Positions 29,265 to 41,100 of a stretch of 64,000 nt of DNA are shown piece by piece. The notes beneath the pieces were generated by a model that was given only the letters and a program-made list of their open reading frames with translations, had not been told where the DNA came from and ran no database searches. The stretch comes from Azolla caroliniana (Eukaryota > Plantae > Polypodiophyta). The position numbers and the translations under genes were made by a program. The stretch spans positions 124,001 through 188,000 of the forward strand of contig JBHGNT010000035.1 in NCBI GenBank assembly GCA_043228905.1. The letters run 5' to 3'. How positions within the stretch are numbered: the first letter of the stretch is position 1; every line of letters starts with the position of its first letter.

Positions 29265-32200
29265 TCAAAATCTTGATTTTTTAATTCCATATCATAGCTA
29301 GCTTTGTTAGTTTCGATTCGCATGTTTGAACACAAAGAGCCGATTTTACACGAGCCAGGTATGAACATTTTAATTTACTAACGCGCTCTTGTCAACTCTC
29401 GCCTCCAATTTGCTAATTTCTTCATGTCTCTCGACCTAAGTTTCTAAATCTTGATTTTTTAATTCCATATCATAGCGAGCGTTGTTAGCTTCGATTCGCA
29501 TGTTTGAACACAGGAATCCAATATCACAGGAGCCAGATATGAACATTTTAATTTACCAACGCGTTGTTGTAAACTCCCTCCTCACATTTGCTAATTTCTT
29601 CATGTCTCTCGACCTGAGTTTTAAAATCTTGATTTTTTAATTCCATATCTTAGCTAGCTTTGTTAGCTTCGATTCGCATGTTTGAACACAAAAATCCGAT
29701 TTTACACGAGCCAGGTATGAACATTTTAATTTACCTACTTCCTCTTGTCAACTCCCTCCTCAAATTTGCTAATTTCTTCATGTCTCTCGACGTGAGTTTC
29801 AAAATCTTGATTTTTTAATTCCATATCATAGCAAGCGTTCTTAGCTTCGATTCGCAGGTTTGATCACAGAAATCCAATATCACAGGAGCCAGATATGAAC
29901 ATTTTAATTTAACTACTTACTCTTGTCAACTCAAGCGTCAAATTTGCTAATTTCTTCATGTCTCTCGACGTGAGTTTCAAAATCTTGATTTTTGAATTCC
30001 ATATTAGAGCTAGTGTTGTTAGCTTCGATTTGCATGTTTGAACACAAAAGTCCGATATCATACGAGCCAAATATGAACATTTTAATTTACCTACTTGCTC
30101 TTGTCAACTCCCGCCTCAAATTTGCTAATTTCTTCATGTCTCTCGACGTGAGTTTCAAAATCTTGATTTTTTAATTCCGTATTATAGAAAGCGTTGTTAG
30201 CTTCGATTCGCATGTTTCACCACAGAAATCTGATATCACACGACCGAGGTATGAACATTTTAATTTACATACTTACTCTTGTCAGCTCCCGCCTCAAATT
30301 TGCTAATTTCTTCATGTCTCTCGACCTGAGTTTCAAAATATTGATTTTTTAACTCCATATCATAGCAAGCGTTGTTAGCTTCCATTCGCATGTTTGAACA
30401 CAGAAATCCAATATCACAGGAGCCAAATATGAACATTTTAATTTACTAACGCGTTGTTCTAAACTCCCTCCTCAAATTTGCTAATTTCTTCATGACTCTT
30501 GACGTGAGTTTCAAAATATTGATTTTTTAATTCCATATCAGAGCTAGCGTTGTTAGCTTCGATTCGCAAGTTTGAACACAAAAATCCGATATCACACGAG
30601 CCAAATATGAACATTTTAATTTACCTACTTGCTCTTGTCAACTCCCGCCTCAAATTTGCTAATTTCTTCATGTCTCTCGACGTGAGTTTCAAAATCTTGA
30701 TTTTTTAATTCCATATCAAAGCAAGCATTCTTAGCTTCGCTTCGCATGTTTGAACACTGAAATCCAATATCACACGAGCCAGGTATGAACATTTTAATTT
30801 ACCTACTTGCTCTTGTCAACTCCCGCCTCAAATTTGCTAATTTCTTCATGTCTCTCCACGTGAGTTTCAAAATCTTGATTTTTTAATTCCGTATTATAGA
30901 AAGCGTTGTTAGCTTCGATTCGCATGTTTGAACACTGAAATCCAATATCACACGAGCCAGGTATGAACATTTCATTACCTACTTGCTCTTGTCAACTCCC
31001 GCCTCAAAATTGCTAATTTCTTCATGTCTCTCGATCTGAGTTTCAAAATCTTGATTTTTTAGTTCCGTATCATAACAATTGTTGTTAGCTTCGATTCGCA
31101 TGTTTGATCACAGAAATCCAATATCACAGGAGCCAGATATGAACATTTTAATTTACCTACTTGCTCTTGTCAACTCCCGCCTCAAATTTGCTAATTTCTT
31201 CAGGTCTCTCGATGTGAGTTTCAATATCTTGATTTTTTGATTCCATATCATAGCAAGCGTTGTTAGCTTCGATTCGCACGTTTGAACACAGAAATCCAAT
31301 ATCACAGGAGCCAAATATAAACATTTTAATTTACTAACGCGTTGTTCTAAACTCCCTCCTCAAATTTGCTAATTTCTTCATGTCTCTCGACCTGCGTATC
31401 AAAATCTTGATTTTTTAATTCCATATCATAGCTAGCTTTGTTAGTTTCGATTCGCATGTTTGAACACAAAGAGCCGATTTTACACGAGCCAGGTATGAAC
31501 ATTTTAATTTACTAACGCGCTCTTGTCAACTCTCGCCTCCAATTTGCTAATTTCTTCATGTCTCTCGACCTAAGTTTCTAAATCTTGATTTTTTAATTCC
31601 ATATCATAGCGAGCGTTGTTAGCTTCGATTCGCATGTTTGAACACAGGAATCCAATATCACAGGAGCCAGATATGAACATTTTAATTTACCAACGCGTTG
31701 TTGTAAACTCCCTCCTCACATTTGCTAATTTCTTCATGTCTCTCGACCTGAGTTTTAAAATCTTGATTTTTTAATTCCATATCTTAGCTAGCTTTGTTAG
31801 CTTCGATTCGCATGTTTGAACACAAAAATCCGATTTTACACGAGCCAGGTATGAACATTTTAATTTACCTACTTCCTCTTGTCAACTCCCTCCTCAAATT
31901 TGCTAATTTCTTCATGTCTCTCGACGTGAGTTTCAAAATCTTGATTTTTTAATTCCATATCATAGCAAGCGTTCTTAGCTTCGATTCGCAGGTTTGATCA
32001 CAGAAATCCAATATCACAGGAGCCAGATATGAACATTTTAATTTAACTACTTACTCTTGTCAACTCAAGCGTCAAATTTGCTAATTTCTTCATGTCTCTC
32101 GACGTGAGTTTCAAAATCTTGATTTTTGAATTCCATATTAGAGCTAGTGTTGTTAGCTTCGATTTGCATGTTTGAACACAAAAGTCCGATATCATACGAG

Positions 32201-33570
32201 CCAAATATGAACATTTTAATTTACCTACTTGCTCTTGTCAACTCCCGCCTCAAATTTGCTAATTTCTTCATGTCTCTCGACGTGAGTTTCAAAATCTTGA
32301 TTTTTTAATTCCGTATTATAGAAAGCGTTGTTAGCTTCGATTCGCATGTTTCACCACAGAAATCTGATATCACACGACCGAGGTATGAACATTTTAATTT
32401 ACATACTTACTCTTGTCAGCTCCCGCCTCAAATTTGCTAATTTCTTCATGTCTCTCGACCTGAGTTTCAAAATATTGATTTTTTAACTCCATATCATAGC
32501 AAGCGTTGTTAGCTTCCATTCGCATGTTTGAACACAGAAATCCAATATCACAGGAGCCAAATATGAACATTTTAATTTACTAACGCGTTGTTCTAAACTC
32601 CCTCCTCAAATTTGCTAATTTCTTCATGACTCTTGACGTGAGTTTCAAAATATTGATTTTTTAATTCCATATCAGAGCTAGCGTTGTTAGCTTCGATTCG
32701 CAAGTTTGAACACAAAAATCCGATATCACACGAGCCAAATATGAACATTTTAATTTACCTACTTGCTCTTGTCAACTCCCGCCTCAAATTTGCTAATTTC
32801 TTCATGTCTCTCGACGTGAGTTTCAAAATCTTGATTTTTTAATTCCATATCAAAGCAAGCATTCTTAGCTTCGCTTCGCATGTTTGAACACTGAAATCCA
32901 ATATCACACGAGCCAGGTATGAACATTTTAATTTACCTACTTGCTCTTGTCAACTCCCGCCTCAAATTTGCTAATTTCTTCATGTCTCTCCACGTGAGTT
33001 TCAAAATCTTGATTTTTTAATTCCGTATTATAGAAAGCGTTGTTAGCTTCGATTCGCATGTTTGAACACTGAAATCCAATATCACACGAGCCAGGTATGA
33101 ACATTTCATTACCTACTTGCTCTTGTCAACTCCCGCCTCAAAATTGCTAATTTCTTCATGTCTCTCGATCTGAGTTTCAAAATCTTGATTTTTTAGTTCC
33201 GTATCATAACAATTGTTGTTAGCTTCGATTCGCATGTTTGATCACAGAAATCCAATATCACAGGAGCCAGATATGAACATTTTAATTTACCTACTTGCTC
33301 TTGTCAACTCCCGCCTCAAATTTGCTAATTTCTTCAGGTCTCTCGATGTGAGTTTCAATATCTTGATTTTTTGATTCCATATCATAGCAAGCGTTGTTAG
33401 CTTCGATTCGCACGTTTGAACACAGAAATCCAATATCACAGGAGCCAAATATAAACATTTTAATTTACTAACGCGTTGTTCTAAACTCCCTCCTCAAATT
33501 TGCTAATTTCTTCATGTCTCTCGACCTGCGTATCAAAATCTTGATTTTTTAATTCCATATCATAGCTAGC
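29265..33570 (+). repeat. Tandem 12-monomer duplication, period 2134 bp
   Basis: Identical ORFs at 29992 and 32126; shared rare variants TCAAGCGTCA, GTCAGCTCCC and CATGACTCTTG. Boundaries are approximate. Confidence 0.88.
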
Positions 33571-36500
33571 GTTCTTAGCTTCGATTCGCATGTTTGAACA
33601 CAAAAATCCAATATCACAGGAGCCAGATATGAACATTTTAATTTAACTACTTACTCTTGTCAACTCCCGCCTCAAATTTGCTAATTTCTTCATGTCTCTC
33701 GACGTGAGTTTCAAAATCTTGATTTTCTAATTCCATATTAGAGCTAGCGTTGTTAGCTTCGATTCGCATGTTTGAACACAAAAATCCGATATCATACGAG
33801 CCAGGTATGAACATTTTAATTTACCTACTTGCTCTTGTCAACTCCCGCCTCAAATTTTCTAATTTCTTCATGTCTCTCGACCTGAGTTTCAAAATCTTGA
33901 TTTTTTAATTCCATATCATAGAAGGCGTTGTTAGCTTCGATTCGCATGTTTCACCACAGAAATCTGATATCACACGAGCCAAATATGAGTATTTTAATTT
34001 ACCTACTTGCTCTTGTAAACTCCCTCCTCAAATTTGCTAATTTCTTCATGTCTCTCGACCTGAGTTTCAAAATCTTGATTTTTTAATTCCATATCATAGC
34101 AAGCGCTGTTAGCTTCGATTCGCATGTTTCACCACCGAAATCCGATATCACAGGACCTAGGTATGAACATTTTAATTTACCTACTTGCTTTTGTCAACTC
34201 CCGTCTCAAATTTGCTAATTTCTTCAGGTCTCTCGATGTGAGTTTCAAAATCTTGATTTTTTAATTCCATATCATAGCAAGCGTTGTTAGCTTCGATTCG
34301 CACGTTTGAACACAGAAATAAAATATCACAGGAGCCAAATATGAACATTTTAATTTACTAACGCGTTGTTCTAAACTCCCTCCTCAAATTTGCTAATTTT
34401 TTCATGTCTCTCGAGCTGCGTTTCAAAATCTTCATTTCTTAATTCCATATCATAGCTAGCTTTGTTAGTTTCCATTCGCATGTTTGAACACAAAAATCCG
34501 ATTTTATACGAGCCAGGTATGAACATTTTAATTTACTAACGCGCTCTTGTCAACGCCCGCCTCAATTTTGTTAATTTCTTCATGTCTCTCGACGTGAGTT
34601 TCAAAATCTTGATTTTTGAATTCCATATCATAACAAGCGTTGTTAGCTTCGATTCGCATGTTTGAACACAAAAATCCGATATCACACGAGCCAGGTATGA
34701 ACATTTTAATTTACCTACTTACTCTTCTCAACTCCCTCCTCAAATTTGCTAATTTCTTCATGTCTCTCGACCTGAGTTACAAAATCTTGATTTCTTAATT
34801 CCATATCATAGCAAGCGTTGTTAGCTTCGATTCGCATGTTTCAACATAGAAATCCAATATCACAGGAGCTAGATATGAACATTTTAATTTTCTAACGCGT
34901 TTTTCTAAACTCCCTCCTCAAATTTGCTAATTTCTTCATGTCTCTCGACGTGAGTTTCAAAATCTTGATTTTTTAATTCCGTATCATAGCAAGCGTTGTT
35001 AGCTTCGATTCGCATGTTTGAACACAGAAATCCAATATCACACGAGCCAGGTATGAACATTTTAATTTACCTACTTGCTCTTGTCAACTCCCGCCTCAAA
35101 TTTGCTAATTTCATCATGTCTCTCGACCTGAGTTACAAAATCTTGATTTCTGCATTCCATATCATAGCAAGCGTTGTTAGCTTCGATTCGCATGTTTCAC
35201 CATAGAAATCCGATATCACACATCCCAGGTATGAACATTTTAATTTACTAACACGCTTTTCTCAACTCCCTCCTCAAATTTGCTAATTTCTTCATGTCTC
35301 TCGACTTGAGTTTCAAAATCTTGATTTCTTAATTCCATATCATAGCAAGCGTTATTAGCTTCGATTCGCACGTTTGAACACAGAAATCCAATATCACACG
35401 AGCCAAATATGAACATTTTAATTTACTAATGCGTTGTTCTAAATTCCCTCCTCAAATTTGCTAGTTTATTCATATCTCTCGACCTGGGCTTCAAAATTTT
35501 GATTCTTTAATTCCATATCATCGCTAGCTTTGTTAGCTTCGATTCGCATGTTCGAACACAAAAATCCGATTTTACACGAGCCAGGTATGACCATTTTAAT
35601 TTACTAACGCGCTCTTGTCAACTCCCGCCTCAACTTTGCTTATTTCTTTAGGTCTCTCGATGTGGGTTTCAAAATCTTGATTTTTTAATTCCATATCATA
35701 GCAAGCGTTGTTAGCTTCGATTCGCACGTTTGAACACAGAAATAAAATATCACAGGAGCCAGATATGAACATTTTAATTTACCTACTTGCTCTTGTCAAC
35801 TCCCGCCTCAAATTTGCTAATTTCTTCATGTCTCTCGACCTGAGTTTCAAAATCTTGATTTTTTAAATCCATATCATAGCTAGCGTTGTTAGCTTCGATT
35901 CGCATGTTTGAACACAAAAATCCGATATCACACGAGCCAGATATGAACATTTTAATTTACTAACGCGTTGTTCTAAACTCCCTCCTCAAATTTGCTAATT
36001 TCTTCATGTCTCTCGACCTCAGTTTCAAAATCTTGATTTTTTAATTCCATATCATACCTAGCTTTGTTAGTTTCGATTCGCATGTTTGAACACAAAAATC
36101 CGATTTTACACGAGCCAGGTATGAACATTTTAATTTAGTAACGCGCTCTTGTCAACTCTCACCTCAAATTTGCTAATTTCTTCATGTCTCTCGACCTGAG
36201 TTTCAAAATCTTGATTTTTTAATTCCATATCATAGCAAGCGTTGTTAGCTTCGATTCGCATGTTTGAACACAAAAATCCGATATCACACGAGCCAGATAT
36301 GAACATTTTAATTTACCTACTTGCTTTTGTCAACTCCCGCCTCAAATTTGCTAATTTCTTCAGGTCTCTCGATGTGAGTTTCAAAATCTTGATTTTTTAA
36401 TTCCATATCATAGCAAGCGTTGTTAGCTTCGATTCGCACGTTTGAACACAGAAATAAAATATCACAGGAGCCAAATATGAACATTTTAATTTACTAACGC

Positions 36501-37917
36501 GTTGTTCTAAACTCGCTCCTCAAATTTGCTAATTTCTTCATGTCTCTCGACCTGCGTTTCAAAATCTTGATTTCTTAATTCCATATCATAGCTAGCTTTG
36601 TTAGTTTCGATTCGCATGTTTGAACACAAAAATCCGATTTTACACGAGCCAGGTATGAACATTTTAATTTACTAACGCGCTCTTGTCAACTCCCGCCTCA
36701 AGTTTGTTAATTTCTTCATGTCTCTCGACCTAAGTTTCAAAATCTTGATTTTTTAAATCCATATCATAGCAAGCGTTGTTAGCTTCGATTCCCATGTTTG
36801 AACACAGAAATCCAATATCACAGGAGCCAGATATGAACATTTTAATTTACTAACGCGTTGTTCTAAACTCCCGCCTCAAATTTGCTAATTTCTTCATGTC
36901 CCTCGACCTGAGTTTCAAAATCTTTATTTTTTAATTCCATATCATAGCAAGCCTTGTTAGCTTCGATTCACATGTTTGAACACAGAAATCCAATATCACA
37001 AGAGCCAGATATGAACATTTTAATTTACTAACGCGTTGTTCTAAACTCCCGCCTCAAATTTGCTAATTTCTTCATAGCTAGCGTTGTTAGCTTCGATTCG
37101 CATGTTTGAACACAAAAATCCGATATCACACGAGCCAGATATGAACATTTTAATTTACCTACTTACTCTTGTCAACTCCCGCCTCAAATTTGCTAATTTC
37201 TTCATGTCTCTCGACGTGAGTGTCCAAATCTTGATTTTTTAATTCCATATCATAGCAAGCGTTGTTAGCTTCAATTCGCATGTTTGAACACAGAAATCCG
37301 ATATCACACGAGCCAGATATGAACATTTTAATTTACCTACTTGCTCTTGTCAACTCCCACCTCAAATTTGCTACTTTCTTCATGTCGCTCGACCTGACTT
37401 TTAAAATCTTGATTTTTTAATTCCATATCATAGCTAGCGTTGTTACCTTCAATTCGCATGTTTGAACACAGAAATCCGATATCACACGAGCCAGATATGA
37501 ACATTTTAATTTACCTACTTGCTCTTGTCAACTCCCACCTCAAATTTGCTAATTTCTTCATGTCGCTCGACCTGAGTTTTAAAATCTTGATTTTTTAATT
37601 CCATATCATAGCTAGCGTTGTTAGCTTCGATTCGCATGTTTGAACACAGAAATCCGATATCACACGAGCCAGATATGAACATTTTAATTTACCTACTTGC
37701 TCTTGTCAACTCCCACCTCAAATTTGCTAATTTCTTCATGTCGCTCGACCTGAGTTTTAAAATCTTGATTTTTTAATTCCATATCATAGCTAGCGTTGTT
37801 AGCTTCGATTCGCATGTTTGAACACAGAAATCCGATATCACACGAGCCAGATATGAACATTTTAATTTACCTACTTGCTCTTGTCAACTCCCGCCTCAAA
37901 TTTGCTAATTTCTTCAT

Positions 37918-37921
37918 GTCG
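37918..37921. other. Target-site duplication GTCG (right copy 43420-43423)
   Basis: The empty monomer reads CAT-GTCG-CTCGAC. The left flank ends CATGTCG and the right flank starts GTCGCTCGAC. It could be a 5-bp TSD (GTCGT/GTCGC) with one mismatch or with its last base lost. Confidence 0.75.
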
Positions 37922-38125
37922 TTGAACCGATTTGGTTCGAACTAATGCCTTGCGCCTCCTTTTATAGTGTCTTCAGGAATACTCCTGAAGTTTCTAGAAT
38001 GTTCCAGAGAAATCTGGAATATACATCCATTTCCTAATAAAATATAAATGAAAATAATATACTTCGAATTACAATGTATAATATAACGGTAACAACAGGT
38101 TATGGGTTCGAGTCTAGTTATGACA
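37922..38125 (-). repeat. 3' LTR, truncated (U3 plus about the first 12 nt of R; about 235 bp of R/U5 missing)
   Basis: Starts TGTCATAAC on the minus strand right after the PPT. It matches the 5' LTR base for base until the satellite resumes at 37921/37919. Confidence 0.92.
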
Positions 38126-41100
38126 CTATCCCCCCTTTAAAACGACGAGTTCCACGAGTCGTTTTAGATTGAGGACCCGGTTTCTCTGGATATCGACGAT
38201 GGAAGTCTTCAAGAAGAGCACGAGCATTGGTCACGTTCTCGATCGGCTCCCAAGTACGCTCGCTGGGACTATACCCTAGCCAATCGACTAGATAGTAGAG
38301 CTTATTGCGAACAATCTTGGAATCAAGGATGGCAGCGACCTCATACTCAGGTCCATCTTCAAGCTCGATAGGAGGTGGAGGTTGTGTAATCCGTCCTGGG
38401 ATAGTGCTCTCGTGATAAGGTTCAAGGAGGGAACTATGAAATACCGGATGTATCCGAAGTTGCGGAGGTAGATCGAGACGAAAAGCGACATCATTAATCT
38501 TTCCGATAATACGGAAAGGACCTAATCGCCGATAATCCAATTTTTCACATGGGCGAGTAGTCTTGATGTGTCGTCGTAGCAGCCACACCCGATCCCCAAT
38601 GTTAAAACTGGATGGAAGTCGATGACGATCTGCGTAGTCCTTGTGTGATTGTTGAGCATGCTGGAGTTGAGTAGATAAATCTTCTTGTATCTTGCGTAAT
38701 CGCTCCAAACGATCCTCCGCGCACGGATTTGTGGACACTTCTGGGACTTCAAGGACAGACCACCGGGGATGACATCCCGTATAAGCATAGAATGGCGTAA
38801 CTTTAGTCGATGCGTGGATAGCGTTATTATAGGCAAATTCGGCGAAGTGAAGAATATCTGCCCAGTCATCCTGATGATAGCTGAGAAAGCACCGCAGATA
38901 CTGCTCCAATGTTTGATTTGTTCGTTCGGCTTGACCGTCGGTTTGTGGGTGGTAGCCGGAGGAGAGGTTACAAGTCACCTTGAGCATCTTAAAAAGGTGC
39001 TTCCAGAATTTGGATACAAACTGGGGTCCACGATCGCTAATGATACTATCGGGAAGTCCATGATGCCGACATACTTCCCGCATGACAATTTCGGCGGTGT
39101 CTTCACTAGATATTTCCTTAGTACATGGTAAGAAATGAGCCATCTTCGTATATCGATCCACCACTGTTAGAATCGCGTTGAACTCCTTAGAGACTGGAAG
39201 ATCTGTGATGAAGTCGAGAGCAATGGATTGCCATGGCTTGCTTGGAATTGGTAATGGTTCTAATAAACCATATGGATGATGCCTTGGCATTTTCGCTCTG
39301 CAACAGGTGTCACAAGTCCGAACAAAATCTTTGACAAATTGTTGCATACGGGGCCACCAGAATGATCGTTGTACTAAATCTAATGTTTTAGTACTACCGA
39401 AATGTCCTGCTGTATATGTGTCATGGCAGTTTTGTACTACTCGAAGGCGGCAAGAACCATTAGGAACATACAAAAGTTCTTTAAAGAAGAGTAATCCATC
39501 ACAGTATTTAAATTGCCGATAGTCAGTACCTGGTGGTTGTGACTGTGAACATGACGCTCGACAGGGGTCAATTTGTGCTAGTATAGCTTGGGCGAAGGCG
39601 TCAGTCTTCAAGTCCTCACGTATAGTATTGGTGACGTCAGAGTCCATGGGCATGTCAAAGACCTGTGCTCCTTGTAGTCGTGCTGGTCCCAAGATTACTT
39701 GCTTCTGGTTATCGAAAGCTGGCTCCCCGGGACGTGGTGTTAGATACGAACGTCGTGATAATGCATCTGCCTTCCCTTGGTGCTTCCCCGGACGATATGT
39801 AATTTTGAAGTCGAAGCGTGTGAGGAAGTGGGCCCATCGAGCTTGACGTCGATTCAGTACACGAGCATCTTGAAAGTAGGCAAGGTTCTTGTGGTCACTG
39901 AATACAGTGACTTGATGAGGAGATCCCTCGAGAAAATGCCTCCACTGTATAAAAGAATCAACTATTGCCAATAGCTCTTTATCGTGAATTTCGTAGTTGA
40001 TTTCGGCGGCGTCAAACTTACGGGAGTGGAAAGCCACAGGATGCAGCTTCTCGTCATTACCCTGTTGTGACAAAATGCTCCCCAATGCGAAATCAGATGC
40101 GTCAGCTTCGATAATGAATGGTTGTTCCGGATCCACATGACCTAGAATTGGAGCTGATGTGAACGCCTTCTTAAGACTCTCGAAAGCCATGTCCGTTTCT
40201 TTAGACCAGATAAATGATTGTCCTTTCCTGGTGAGCTGTGTGAGAGGCAGAACTATTTTTGAGTAGTCTTGTATGAACTTCCGGTAAAAATTTGCAAAGC
40301 CTAGGAAGCACTGCACATCCCGCACCGAACGCGGAGTTTGCCATTCTACCACCGTTTTGACCTTAGCTGGGTCCATAGAGATGCCTTCTGAGGAGATGAC
40401 ATATCCGAGAAATTCCACCTGGTTGCACCCGAAACTACATTTCTCTAGCTTTGCATATAGCCCATGTTCTCGAAGTCGTTTTAGTACTAATAGTACATGA
40501 GAATCATGTTCTTCTTGGGTCTTTGAATAAACCAGTAGATCATCTAAATAGATGATCAGAAAATCATCCAATAGATCTCGAAATATATCATTCGCCATGT
40601 GCTGGAAGACTGCTGGCGCATTAGTGAGTCCGAACGGCATGACCGTATACTCGAAGTGCCCATATCTGGTGCGAAACGCGGTCTTCCATTCATCTCCTGG
40701 TCGGATTCGTACGAGGTTATAGGCTCCTCGTAAATCGATCTTCGTGAAGAACCTGGCACCATTGATTCGTTCTAAAAGACTTGAGATAAGGGGAAGAGCA
40801 TACCTATTTCTTATTGTAACCTTATTCAAGCCACGGTAATCTACAACAAGTCGAAGCGAGCCATCTTTTTTCTTGACGAAGAAAATGGGTGCGCCGGCTG
40901 GAGATTTCGAATGCCGAATGAAACCGTTCTCCAAATTCTCCTCTATATAGGCTCGAAGGACTTCTAGCTCGGTTGGTGACAAACTGTAGATCGGCCCCCA
41001 TGGCGGCTCTTTTCCCGGTTGTAAGTCGATGGCGCAATCGTACGGCCGATGATGAGGAAGTGTGTTGGCTTGTACTTTATCGAACACATCAGCGTACTGA

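Larger units (their letters stand above)
4315..37921 (+). repeat. 178-bp tandem satellite array (centromere-like), mostly the heterogeneous subfamily with higher-order duplications
   Basis: Continuous head-to-tail monomers such as ...AATTCCATATCATAGCAAGCGTTGTTAGCTTCGATTCGCATGTTTGAACAC...CTCAAATTTGCTAATTTCTTCATGTCTCTCGACC... A centromeric role is inferred only from monomer size and organisation. Confidence 0.97.

Noticed and set aside
2322-35205. Short 60-77 aa ORFs in the satellite (2322, 11168, 11628, 15791, 16251, 23614, 24074, 27234, 29992, 32126, 34996; also 60870)
   Set aside because: Chance stop-free frames in monomer variants. 178 is not a multiple of 3, most have non-ATG starts and none has a recognisable domain. 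They are useful only as duplication markers.
4315-37921. Identification as Arabidopsis CEN178/CEN180, or as a 5S rDNA or tRNA array
   Set aside because: Only the length matches. I do not recognise CEN180, 5S or tRNA sequence motifs in the monomer; a database search is needed to name the family.
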